A stretch of DNA of 63,484 nt, counting the filler, from Stramenopiles sp. TOSAG23-3 (lineage: Eukaryota): the NCBI GenBank assembly GCA_900128585.1. It is 43 parts of 43 records of this genome, joined end to end, with 100 filler letters (N's around TTAATTAATTAA, not from the genome) between each part and the next. Parts side by side here need not be neighbours in the genome. Positions count along the whole stretch, not along the records: positions 22,333 to 23,713 come from LT645937.1; positions 23,814 to 25,194 come from LT645938.1; positions 25,295 to 26,674 come from LT645939.1; positions 26,775 to 28,154 come from LT645940.1; positions 28,255 to 29,632 come from LT645941.1; positions 29,733 to 31,108 come from LT645942.1; positions 31,209 to 32,584 come from LT645943.1; positions 32,685 to 34,059 come from LT645944.1; 35 more parts are not named here. One strand, written 5' to 3'. Below, one piece after another: positions 22,688-33,348 of this stretch; the stretch's first letter is position 1; each line of letters starts with the position of its first letter. A program made the position numbers and the translations under genes. The notes under the pieces are model-generated. The model was given only the letters and a program-made list of their open reading frames with translations. It was not told the origin of the DNA and did no database searches.

Positions 22688-23602
22688 CCCAACACCATCG
22701 TGTCTGTCTAGGTGCGCCTTCATATTGAAATTTATGGTCAAAGAACTCTCCGAACGGAGGGCGAAGCTCATTTCAAATGCGTTGGAAAGTTCGCTACATA
22801 TGCTAAACACCCAGATACGACATACGAATGTCCGTGCAAACAAATTACTGGGAGTGTCAGACAAAGTTTTCGAAAGTCTGTCACGCCATCGCGATGTTGG
22901 CCGTGGTGCGGTGACCGACAGTATGACCGCTACCCTGCTTGAACGTAAACGCTCCATAGCTAAATCATTGGGAAACGAAAAAGGGGCAACATCGACGCCA
23001 GCCGGGACGCTACTGACCCTCAGTACTTGTAACCTGGTTCTGTCAACAAAGGTATTCATATCGATTTTCTTCCTCTGGTCTATGAATCGTTTGCCAATCA
23101 CTTAAACGACAAAGCCCTTCACTACAAGAACGTATTGGTACATGCTAGTATTGAAGCTTCGAGCGGCAATAATCGCTTCTGTAATTGCCGTTTTCATCTT
23201 TCCAATAATTTCATCAGCACTCTGGGCTCTCAAATGTGATGTAAAACAAAGCATCAAGTCATAGTCGTTCACTTCTTCCAAGTTGGGGTTTCCGTACACT
23301 TCTACCAAGTCGCGTAGCTCAATCAAGTCCCCGTTGGGTAACTCTTCGATGGGGGACGCAGCGGAGTCACCCTGGTCCCTACTCTTGTGCCCTATAAGCT
23401 TCTGCTTTACCCTCTTGGTGTCGAACCCTGGAACCTTAAACAGCCGAGCGGCGGTGTCCTCCGTGGGCAGCTCCGTCGTGCCTACCCTGAAGTTATTCCT
23501 CTTTCGGTTGTGGAAAGGATGTCGAAGAATGACCTCACTCGTAGTGAAGTGCTTCTTCAACCTCCCCTCTAGCTCGCTGGAGTGCACCTGAATCACTTCC
23601 AC
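22631..23602 (-). pseudogene. Possible interrupted reading frame (two same-frame ORFs separated by one TAA)
   Basis: ORFs 23102-23602 and 22631-23101 abut in the same frame. No recognisable family; an opposite-strand ORF (22668-23105) competes. Confidence 0.3.
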
Positions 23603-23813
23603 GAAACCTTCCGAGAACCGTCGGCAAACGTACGGGCTTTGAAGGTGCTTTGTCTCTTGTTAATTTCGGCATTGTGCATTGTTTTGTCTATACAAAACAA
23701 TAATTTGTAAGATNNNNNNNNNNNNNNNNNNNNNNNNNNNNNNNNNNNNNNNNNNNNTTAATTAATTAANNNNNNNNNNNNNNNNNNNNNNNNNNNNNNN
23801 NNNNNNNNNNNNN

Positions 23814-25194
23814 GGATAGGGTCAAGAAGCTTTCCGTTCAAGACTTGCACGAAGACGAAAATCTACTCAGTAGCCGGCCAACGCTTCCCTCGGACGATTT
23901 ATTCGACAAGGGCATTACAATGTTAACGGATGAAATAAGAACCCTTCAAAAGCAACACAAAATAGCAACCTCTCGCCGTGCGGTAGTAACGCACGAGTTG
24001 GGTCAATTGGAAGCAGCAATCCTTTCGGATTCTCCATCGGTAGGGAAAAAATCACTTGGGCAAGACTACGGGGATGGGAATGCGATAGATGCATTTTGCA
24101 TGCGCAGGGCAAACGAAGATACGGAAGGGTACTCTCGTCGGCTGAAGGGAAGGCTGAAGGATCTGGGTGAAGAACGGGCGGCTACTGTTGCTGAGCTGGA
24201 AAATTTGAAGGCCAAAGAAAAAGAGATTCGGGCGATCTTGATGGATCTAGAAAACAAAGAGTTAAAGATGGAGTTGGATTTATCGAACCAAGAACTGACG
24301 ACGAGGCGGGCCCAGGTGAACACAATGACAGAAATGTTGCAAACGGGGAAGGTTTCGGGCTCCGCCGTGTCCACGCCTCGTGTGCGCACTGCAGGCACAG
24401 AAATTGACATGCCCGATTTATATGATGTTCCTGACTACTCTGGGAAACGAGGAAACACCGCAAGGGCGACGAATAGTAACGGGCTTTCGCTCGCCGAACT
24501 GGCGGTGGGGGGTGGAGCAAAGCATGATAAAGGTGGGGAAAACTTTAAAACCAAAATTGCAAAAGGCCGTCGAGGGAGCGTCGGGGCAACTCAGTATCAC
24601 ATGGCTTTGCGGCAGCTGTTAGAGACGCTCAAGCACCACCGCACTCTGCATGGTGTGCAGATATCAGATTTAAACTCTCTGTTCGATGCAGTGGACAGGG
24701 ACCACAAAGGGTCCATAACTGGCGAAGCGCTGAAGGAAGCTTTTCGTCGGCTCGGCCTTGGCCTTACGGACGCCCAGGTGGACACTTTGGTGCTCGCGAT
24801 GAGCCAGAACCCAGAAGGCACAATTCCGCGTTCCATTTTTGTCGAAGTGATGGAAGCAGAGCTGGACATGGTAGCGCAAGACGAAGAATTCCAGAAAGAA
24901 TCGCTAGGCTCCTCTCCTGTTAATGGCGGGGAGATCCGGAAAAAAGAGGTTGGCGTTCGAAAAACGCCGCCGGCAGAAAACAAGAGAAGCAAAGTAAAGT
25001 CCTCGATGAAGAAAATAGCAAATGCAGTTATAGGGACGAAACGGTTTACAGATGCTGCGCGAACTGCATCACCCACGAGTCTATCGTACGAAAATATCAA
25101 ACGGCAATTTTTCGATGCTGTTATGCAGTCCTTACAACGATCGAATGTCCCACTTGCAAAGATAAAGGAGATCATAGAATCGTTGCGCTTTAAG
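23814..25194 (+). CDS. Coiled-coil plus EF-hand protein fragment
   Basis: LFDAVDRDHKGSITGEALKEAFRRLGLGLTDAQV is an EF-hand with a calmodulin-like linker. Confidence 0.75.
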
Positions 25195-25466
25195 NNNNNN
25201 NNNNNNNNNNNNNNNNNNNNNNNNNNNNNNNNNNNNNNTTAATTAATTAANNNNNNNNNNNNNNNNNNNNNNNNNNNNNNNNNNNNNNNNNNNNAAAAGT
25301 AAAAACCGCAAGTAAAGTTTCCGCACCATAAAATTTATGCTCACAAACAAAAGAAACAAACAAAACAAATCCGTACCAATCAACATCACAAACCAAACTT
25401 TATTTTATTCGAAACTCACACCATAAATTAAAAATCGTTTCTTTTTAAAAAGGGCGATTTTAAAAC

Positions 25467-26501
25467 ATGGCAAGTTTAGCTGTTGCACTGTCTCATCCGC
25501 CACCCCCACCGCCACCTTCCTGTAATTTTGTGTCTTCCTGGTTATGTTCACTCGGGTATCAACAATATGAAAACATTTTCATTGAAAACGGATATTGCAC
25601 TGATAATGAAATTCAATGTATGGTGAAAGAGGATTTTGTGGCTATGGGAGTGAAACCTGGCCATGTCAACGTTTTGGCAATGGCAGTGCAAAAGCTATGG
25701 TCTAGTTCTGAAAGTGGTGAATACGATAGAAGCGGTTTTTTGGAATTGGACGATGTTGATGTATCCATCCAAGCTGATTTTCCTGAATACAACAGCAGCG
25801 ACGTGGAAGAGGGCGATGATGATACATCCTTGCGTTCACTTTCTGATTTTCCTGAATACGACAGCAGGGACGTGGAAGCTAAAATCCCAGATCGTTCTGT
25901 TTTACCAAGAGGGTTTAAAAGAAAATCACTGGATCCTCCCATTGATTACTACTATACAACTGGCATATTCAGCACCTTTTTCGGAACCTATTTTTCTTTG
26001 GGTTTCTACCTCCTATCCTATCCGGCGTATGCGTGGGGGTTTAGAATAACTTGGTTTTGGTTTGCTCAGTACTCAATTATATTACAAATACTCTTATCTG
26101 GTGCGTACGTACTTTGTACGGGCTACGTATTTTTTGATTGGAGAGAAAAATACTTAGAGTTCCATCATGGGACTAAAAAGTACAAATTTACAACCAAACA
26201 CTTCTTACTCCGTTGTCTTTGCAAGAGAGAACAGACTGGAGATTTGAACGATGTAGTGAAAGTATTCTGCACATCGGTCGACTTTGACTCGTGTCGTCGC
26301 TCTTCGCATATTGCCACGAGGAATAATGTTCAGAGACCTCAGGAATTTTTTATTACGAGTTGGGATATCCGTGAACAGTGGAACAATTACATTGATGCCT
26401 TCAACAATGAATATCACCATTATAGAACCGTAGAAAATACAGCGGATACAAAAGAGCGATATGCTTTTGAAAATTTTCCATCCAGGTTCGAAGGAACATA
26501 A
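25467..26501 (+). CDS. SAM-domain membrane protein
   Basis: VSSWLCSLGYQQYENIFIENGY...EDFVAMGVKPGH (SAM), duplicated DFPEY-x-S-x-DVE motif, two TM segments. Confidence 0.8.
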   Translation: MASLAVALSHPPPPPPPSCNFVSSWLCSLGYQQYENIFIENGYCTDNEIQCMVKEDFVAMGVKPGHVNVLAMAVQKLWSSSESGEYDRSGFLELDDVDVSIQADFPEYNSSDVEEGDDDTSLRSLSDFPEYDSRDVEAKIPDRSVLPRGFKRKSLDPPIDYYYTTGIFSTFFGTYFSLGFYLLSYPAYAWGFRITWFWFAQYSIILQILLSGAYVLCTGYVFFDWREKYLEFHHGTKKYKFTTKHFLLRCLCKREQTGDLNDVVKVFCTSVDFDSCRRSSHIATRNNVQRPQEFFITSWDIREQWNNYIDAFNNEYHHYRTVENTADTKERYAFENFPSRFEGT

Positions 26502-26568
26502 ACCTTCAATGGACAAAAGGAGCAGATTTATTTTCGCAGTACACGAGGAAGATAAATTTTAAATTACT
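26490..26568 (+). repeat. Dispersed repeat module A (also 62810-62890; partial at 38094-38135)
   Basis: Shared gaagga...taaaccttcaatggacaaaag...attttcgc(a/g)gta...gaggaag.taaatttta between unrelated contigs. Confidence 0.85.
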
Positions 26569-26774
26569 AAAAACTAAAAAAAAATATTAAATATCACAAG
26601 AAAAATTTGGCTGTTATTTTTTATAGTAATTAAAATTAAAGAAAAAAAGAAGGTGTCAGTTCAAGAACAATGTCNNNNNNNNNNNNNNNNNNNNNNNNNN
26701 NNNNNNNNNNNNNNNNNNTTAATTAATTAANNNNNNNNNNNNNNNNNNNNNNNNNNNNNNNNNNNNNNNNNNNN

Positions 26775-27851
26775 CGCCCCTTATCAATAATGACTGAGGA
26801 GCCGACCGATGGCACCGTGGAAGAGCTCAATGGGCCGTTTAGCGAGGACGCGGGTTTGCAGATATTTGAGTGGTGTAAAGCGGTCAAAGGGCGAGCAGAT
26901 TATTCGTCCACGGCGTACCCTTCGCCGACATCGCTGCACCGAGAGATAACTCACTCTGACCCACACTTAAACATTGGTGGTCTAGCACAAGACTTTTCTT
27001 CCGTTCCCCTTGCGTCCATGATGCAAATACAGATGCAATTGGGTGTCTCAAAATTATCACCGATGGCACTTGCTGTAACCGACGATGTCGATAGAGAGGC
27101 GTTTGAGGAGTATTCCATGCAGGCCGCTGAAACTGACCAAAATGAACAGCACAGCAACCCAAACGACTCGACCATCTTGGCCAAGCTGGCATCCTCTGAT
27201 GGGCAGAGTCTAATCGCCATTCAGCTGGGGGGGGAGCTGTCAATGCGTCACACGACCAGCGGAAAATGCATGTGGCATGAGCGTTTGGGCCAGGGCGCCA
27301 ATTTGATTGGTGTCTCTTCCATCGATTCCAATGGTTTGAATAACACTCCATCTGCGACTCTTGTTGAAACCAAGAGTGCCTCTAGCGGCGTAAAAAGCTC
27401 CGGTCCACAGACGAACTCATTTGTTGCGGCTTGTGGGTGGGATGGAACCACTTATATTTTTGATAGTCAAAAGAACCTCGTCCAGTTTAACTTTGACGAC
27501 CCAGTGACTGCGTTTCTTGCTTGCCGCTTATCGGAGGGTTCCCCTCGAAACTCCGATGATTCTGCCGAACTGAACCCGTCGACTTCGCCGTTAGCAACGT
27601 GTTTAATTTACGCGACATTCGACAACCGGATCGTTATTTACACCATTGACGATATTCTGAGCAATAGCGATATATGTGCAGAGTCTACTATTGGTATATT
27701 GGGAGAAAGGGCGCAAACAAATATCGTAAATATGGCGAAAGAGAAACTAATGGAAGACGGGTCCCAGGGGTTGTGGTCCTCAAGTTCTGATTCAGAAATT
27801 TTGGCAGCGTTTGTCAAAGCTGCAGTTCAAACGGACGGTAGACATTTATAA
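26775..27851 (+). CDS. ITFG2: KICSTOR subunit ITFG2 homolog, C-terminal part
   Basis: VAACGWDGTTYIFD...VQFNFDDPVTAF...CLIYATFDNRIVIY parallels the ITFG2 VACAWDGQTYIID...CLVYVTFNQKIYVY motif (recalled, not searched). Confidence 0.75.
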   Translation, partial: RPLSIMTEEPTDGTVEELNGPFSEDAGLQIFEWCKAVKGRADYSSTAYPSPTSLHREITHSDPHLNIGGLAQDFSSVPLASMMQIQMQLGVSKLSPMALAVTDDVDREAFEEYSMQAAETDQNEQHSNPNDSTILAKLASSDGQSLIAIQLGGELSMRHTTSGKCMWHERLGQGANLIGVSSIDSNGLNNTPSATLVETKSASSGVKSSGPQTNSFVAACGWDGTTYIFDSQKNLVQFNFDDPVTAFLACRLSEGSPRNSDDSAELNPSTSPLATCLIYATFDNRIVIYTIDDILSNSDICAESTIGILGERAQTNIVNMAKEKLMEDGSQGLWSSSSDSEILAAFVKAAVQTDGRHL

Positions 27852-27991
27852 CCAACCAATAGTTGCGGGGGGAGCGAGGGAAGAAAAAAGAAGTAAGCAT
27901 TTAAAAATACAATTTGTAATATTGTTGGCCCCTTGTTTACAATTTATTGATTTTTTTAATTACGATTGAACTTAATGCACATATGAATCGT

Positions 27992-28154
27992 TCACAGAAA
28001 TGATATGATGGTATTCACTTTCAGCGCCTCTGCAACATATTTTGATTCATCACCAATGTTGTTGATGCCCAAACTAATCTCTGTCAACGAAGTATTCACT
28101 TTCAACGCCTCTGCAACATATTTTGCCCCTTCATCACCAATGTTGTTATTGCGC
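27992..28154 (-). CDS. RNI-like leucine-rich repeat protein, C-terminal fragment
   Basis: NNIGDEGAKYVAEALKVNTSLTEISL followed by a second near-copy. Confidence 0.85.
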
Positions 28155-28254
28155 NNNNNNNNNNNNNNNNNNNNNNNNNNNNNNNNNNNNNNNNNNNNTT
28201 AATTAATTAANNNNNNNNNNNNNNNNNNNNNNNNNNNNNNNNNNNNNNNNNNNN

Positions 28255-29632
28255 CTTAAATATGATTGAAAAGAACTTTTTTTTAAAGATCCATTAAAGA
28301 TGGATTTAACACATCTTCATATTTTACAGCCATTTTGTAGAGGATTACATCAAGAATTTTATATGGAATCTACTTTTTTATTAAAAGATTGTTTTGCAAT
28401 GGAACAGTATTCTTTACTTCCTAAAATTAAATTTACTGATTTTTATTTAGATAATGATTTAGAAAATAAAATAATGACAAGTTTTTTAGTAGCACAACAG
28501 AATGCAGGTCTTAATGAAGCAGAAGAACCTCTAACAGAATCTGAAGAAGAAGATGAAGAAGAATTAAAGCAAAAAAAATTAGAAGAAAATAATCAATTAA
28601 ATGAAGGAGAAAGTTTACAAAATTCAGAAGACGAATATGTTGTTTTAAATACTTCAGAAGAAGAAAGATTACAACGAGCTTTTATTTATGAAGAAGAAGA
28701 AAAAGATCTGGGTGTTTTTGAACTTTCAGAAACTTCGGAAACAGAATATGAACATTCTTTTATTGAAAATGAACTTTTAAATACTTCAACTTATAATTGA
28801 AAAAAAAAACAACTTTTTAATATTAATCGAACGAAACTTATAAGTCTTGTTACAAAAAATTTAATTAAAAGTTCATTAATTGAACGTAAATTAGAAAAAA
28901 AAATATATTGAAAATTTTGAAGTTTCATTATTTAGTAAAAATTTTAATTATATTTTAAATAATTCTAATGAAACTGCTTTAATTAAAAATTTTGATATTA
29001 AAAATAATTTAAAAATTTTTCTTAAAACTATTCCTTTTAATACTTCTTTTTTAGCGTATACAAATTCTATTAAAAAAAAAGATTTTAATGGAAATATAAA
29101 TTTACGTTCAAAAACTTATAAAAAGTTTATTTTAAAAGAACAAAAAATTTGAAAACGTTTTAGACGTTTAAAACGACGCCGTAAGTTTCAATTTTTACGT
29201 GGGCATAAAAGAAGACGTCGTTATACATTTAGTCGTTTATTAAAAAAAGTTAAATTTGTTAAAAATCAAAAAATACAAGCAAGAAAACAATTAGGCGTAA
29301 AAAAATTAACTAATTTTTTATTAAAACGTAATTTTATTCGTAATCTTGCGTCATTTAAATTAAATTCATGACGCCGTAAACGTGGAAAAAATTTTTTTAA
29401 TTTAGTAAATTTTAATAAAAATATTCAAAAAAATTTATATTTACCTATCCGTCGAATTTATTTTAAAAAACGTTATTTAGTTTCAAAAAAAACAAAACGA
29501 AAAAAAAAATTTTTAGTTAGATCAATTAATTTTAAAACAAATTCTTTTTGACGTAATATTATTAAGTTAATATTATTAAATAATAATAAAAAACATATTA
29601 AATCTCAACTTACTAAAAATGTATTTTTTATT
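28255..29632 (+). CDS. Very AT-rich organelle-like long ORF using TGA as Trp (code 4), with one frame break at the A9 run 28895-28903
   Basis: Frame 1 is open 28255-~28900 and frame 2 is open 28895-29632 except for TGA at 28267, 28798, 29150, 29369 and 29549 (YDWKE, YNWKK, KIWKR, NSWRR, SFWRN). The second half is K/R/N/F/I-rich. Confidence 0.7.
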
Positions 29633-29817
29633 NNNNNNNNNNNNNNNNNNNNNNNNNNNNNNNNNNNNNNNNNNNNTTAATTAATTAANNNNNNNNNNNN
29701 NNNNNNNNNNNNNNNNNNNNNNNNNNNNNNNNTTGTTGTTGTTCTTCTTCTTCAATTTGTGTAGACAAAGACGACGCGAGCGATCACATCACGTAAAGAA
29801 AAGGGGAAAGAAATAAT

Positions 29818-30189
29818 ATGTCGAGTGTAATTGACGTCGACGCGAGCGACTCGGAGAAGATTGAAATTATTCCTGTCAAGAATGAAACGGGGGACGCACC
29901 TGCAAGTGCGGATTCGAAACCAAGCATAGGCGGGGCTGTGCCACGAAACCAGCGCATTACCAGCAGGTTTATGACAAAGTACGAAAGGGCGCGCATTTTA
30001 GGAACTAGAGCTTTACAAATTAGTATGAACGCGCCGGTCATGGTCAACTTGAACGGGATGACGGACCCGTTGCGAATAGCCGAGAAGGAATTGGAACAGA
30101 AGAAGATCCCCCTGATCATACGGCGTTACTTACCAGACCGTACCTACGAAGACTGGCCGATCAGTGACTTGACGATCCAGTTTAAGTAA
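29818..30189 (+). CDS. RPB6: RNA polymerases I/II/III shared subunit RPB6 (RPABC2)
   Basis: [29 protein letters not shown]...[10 protein letters not shown]...[15 protein letters not shown]. Confidence 0.97.
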   Translation: MSSVIDVDASDSEKIEIIPVKNETGDAPASADSKPSIGGAVPRNQRITSRFMTKYERARILGTRALQISMNAPVMVNLNGMTDPLRIAEKELEQKKIPLIIRRYLPDRTYEDWPISDLTIQFK

Positions 30190-30438
30190 AGGAACACGCA
30201 CGTACAATAATAGTAAAGAGAGTAGTAAAATGTTCATCGGAAGAAAAACCTATACGCAGTGCTCTATCATAAAAACTTTTTTTTTTAAATACGAGTAATT
30301 AATAAAAATTATACGGTGTGTGTACAAAAATAAAATAAAATTCTTCTTTCTCGTATAACTTTAGATAATATCTAAATGGCAGCATAAATTCTTCTTTCTC
30401 ATTCGACTGCTTCCTAAGTCGTACAAAGTACGAACGAT

Positions 30439-30936
30439 TTAATCCCCCTTGGCCTTTCTCACGCGTTCCTCTGCTTTCTTCGATCCGCACAAAAGCTCGC
30501 GTGTGCTGAAGAAAAAGATGATGGCATTCACCACGTACGTGGATACGCAGACAATGCAGATATCGTGAAGCACGTTCACCAAAATGTAACCCAACCAGGC
30601 CGAGGAAGCGCAGGACACGCAGGAGGCCAGCCACATGCCAAGGGTACGTACGCCCTTGGGGATAAACTTCATTTTTGGCAACAAGAGTGCAATGCCGTAG
30701 AAGGCAATACCCAAAACTGCGTTTGGCTGGTCGAGGGCGTGGCCGTTTGGAACAACCCCAAAGTAGGACATCATTCTCCCGTACTTACTCTTAAATACTT
30801 TGGAGCACGAAACCCCGAGGGATTCTATGTCGCAGGCGGCTTTGTAACCCGGCATTGCGACCGCTTGGTGTTCTACGTACAACGCGTAGAAAGAGAGAAG
30901 AAGTCCGAAAACGGACGCCCACTGAATACCATTCAT
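30439..30936 (-). CDS. VKORC1: Vitamin K epoxide reductase (stand-alone VKORC1-type)
   Basis: YKAACDI...SCSKVF.S.YGR, QPNA, active-site CIVC followed by TY; four TM segments. Confidence 0.9.
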   Translation of the reverse strand: MNGIQWASVFGLLLSFYALYVEHQAVAMPGYKAACDIESLGVSCSKVFKSKYGRMMSYFGVVPNGHALDQPNAVLGIAFYGIALLLPKMKFIPKGVRTLGMWLASCVSCASSAWLGYILVNVLHDICIVCVSTYVVNAIIFFFSTRELLCGSKKAEERVRKAKGD

Positions 30937-31246
30937 TATTAAAACGTTCGAAACGACGACACTGGTCAACAATTAACACACGAACAGAACAAAACAATTT
31001 ATTGGAAATCGTTAAGGTTTGCTTGGAATATTCCACAAAATACATATCCAATTGACGAAAAAACAAAGACATTGCCTCGTTATCAATTAATCGGTCCACA
31101 AAAATAAANNNNNNNNNNNNNNNNNNNNNNNNNNNNNNNNNNNNNNNNNNNNTTAATTAATTAANNNNNNNNNNNNNNNNNNNNNNNNNNNNNNNNNNNN
31201 NNNNNNNNGAGCCCTTGGGAATAGCCACCAGCACCCCAAGAAGCAA

Positions 31247-32041
31247 TCAATACCCATTGCGGCGCCGGCGTTCGTTTTCTCTTCTTCGATTGTTGCTTTG
31301 TCCCTTTCTTGCGTTCCTCGACACAATGATCAAAATTCTCACAAAGAGGGCGACAAAGTCTGTAAACAATTGAGAGGCGCTCCACAAATAGTCTCGCTCC
31401 CCTTGCATCTCAGCTCGTTCGATGATCATTTGTGTGTCACAGATGATATACCCACTGAAGAGAACCAAGCCCCCATAAATCTGCACATTGTACATCGCAG
31501 CGGAACGAAACATCATGTTGGCAATGGACATCCAGAACATCACGCTCATTGCACTGGAAAGGAAGCCCCCAAGATACAGGTACGACCTTCGTTTTGCAAA
31601 GAGAGCGGAGCCGGAAAAGCACGCGAACACTAAAACTGTACCAATGAACGCTACCAGCACAATATTAGGATCTAGAAAGAGCGCCTGTTCAACGAGTCCA
31701 CCAATGCTCATGCCTTTCAGTGCGCAGAATGACAGATAAAGCCCAACGCGCTTCGTAAATGTCTCCGTGTTAAACTCCCAGTTCCTTTCATTCCTGGACG
31801 ACGCCAACAGCCCATAGACAAGCATACAGCCAATGCTCGTCGCCATCCCACCGAGATGAAACAATATGTGAAGGTAACTCCCAAGCGCTGAAAAAATAAT
31901 TCCCACGCAGAGGGCCATGTACGTCTTCTTAAGGTGCGTCTGGGTAGACGCGGATATGTCGTTCATCTTCAACATCTTGGCAAAAGAAATATTCTGCAAG
32001 TTCGAGGAGAGACGGGAGAACTGGTTCAAAACGGTGTCCAT
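31247..32041 (-). CDS. TMBIM6: Bax inhibitor-1
   Basis: QTHLKKTY, FACFSGSALFAKRRSYLYLGGFLSS, DTQMIIERA...LFTDFVALFVRILII. Confidence 0.93.
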   Translation of the reverse strand: MDTVLNQFSRLSSNLQNISFAKMLKMNDISASTQTHLKKTYMALCVGIIFSALGSYLHILFHLGGMATSIGCMLVYGLLASSRNERNWEFNTETFTKRVGLYLSFCALKGMSIGGLVEQALFLDPNIVLVAFIGTVLVFACFSGSALFAKRRSYLYLGGFLSSAMSVMFWMSIANMMFRSAAMYNVQIYGGLVLFSGYIICDTQMIIERAEMQGERDYLWSASQLFTDFVALFVRILIIVSRNARKGQSNNRRRENERRRRNGY

Positions 32042-32453
32042 TTTACTGCTTTACTTTTGCGAGAATTAGAGAAGTTGTGAGACGAATGTTCGTAATGTTT
32101 TCTGGAAATTATTCCGGGCGTTTCGGGAGAGGGGCTACAAACTATCAATACTCGGATTCTTTTTCTTTGTTTCTCTTCCCGGAAGTAAAGAAGGTGTTAG
32201 GGAATGCTCGTTTGCAAGTTGAAGAACTCAAGAAGAACGAAAAGAAGAGGCTTCAGAGCTCCAGCACCACGTGTCGTCATTTTCATAATAACTCTTCCAA
32301 GATTTTGTTGTTGTTGTTGTTGTGATGATGTAATAATTAATCTGAAAAGAACCCCTTAATACAAGTGGATTACATTATTCTAATAGAGAACATATTAACA
32401 TGATTTAAGGATAATATATAATAATAATCAGCAAATGCCAAAACAGCCTTCAC

Positions 32454-32584
32454 TCATTTTTTTGTCTCATACTTTGTCATAAAGACTTTCATTGCTTGGA
32501 GCTGATCTGCCGTGAAAAACTTACGATCGTACATGACTTTTATCCCGATAGGATTGTGCGAGAACGACTTTACAAAACCGCGCT
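32454..32584 (-). CDS. Unknown C-terminal fragment
   Basis: RGFVKSFSHNPIGIKVMYDRKFFTADQLQAMKVFMTKYETKK*. Confidence 0.35.
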
Positions 32585-32684
32585 NNNNNNNNNNNNNNNN
32601 NNNNNNNNNNNNNNNNNNNNNNNNNNNNTTAATTAATTAANNNNNNNNNNNNNNNNNNNNNNNNNNNNNNNNNNNNNNNNNNNN

Positions 32685-32747
32685 GTTTAAACTTGTAATT
32701 GGATCTACACTATCTACATAGCCAGTAGCTGATGCACCGGCGCCCAT
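32685..32747 (-). CDS. 5' end of a probable N-myristoylated protein
   Basis: MGAGASATGY... (MGxxxS), open to the contig edge. Confidence 0.55.
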
Positions 32748-33219
32748 GATTTTATTGTTTTATTTTTTGTGATGTTTGATCTTGTTGTTTGTGGCGATGA
32801 TATATATGTGTGTGTGTTTGTATTATTTTATTATACTGTGTGGATTCTAGATGTATTTATATATAAATATAGATATATATAATAAGCGCATAGTGAGTAA
32901 CCTGTTCTATATCTTTCCTTAATGTATTTTATTGTTTTCATTGTTGTATGATTTAATTGTGTATTTATTACTGCCATTTATTATTGTAGGATACTCATAA
33001 ATAAAATATAATTAATACTGTGGTGGTTGTAGAAAAAAAAAAAAGAAAAAAGCTGTTTTACGTATAGTGCTATACCGTATACAGGATACAGTATATTAAT
33101 AGCACACTATACACATCAAAATAAAAGAACAAAAGTTTCTTTTTCCAAAAAATTTCCACAATCCGCAATCAACATCACTACACAGTAATATTAATAACCA
33201 CACTATATACTACCCAACT

Positions 33220-33348
33220 TTTCTCTGGACACCATAGGCATTTTTCCTGGTCCAAATCTACGTTTTCCCAGGAAGACTCAACTATACAGGAAAGCGTAGA
33301 TTTGGACCTGCCTGGAAATGCCTCTGTGGTTTCCAGTTTCCAGAGAAA
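33220..33348. repeat. Long imperfect inverted repeat/hairpin
   Basis: Inner stem 33249-33268 pairs with 33289-33308 (19/20). Outer arms aggcattt/aaatgcct and tttctctgga/tccagagaaa. Confidence 0.9.

Noticed and set aside
22676-22747. TINFNMKAHLDRHDG as a 2OG-Fe(II)/TET-JBP-like HxD motif
   Set aside because: The frame stops shortly after, with no distal His/Arg. A short motif alone is insufficient; HHpred would be needed.
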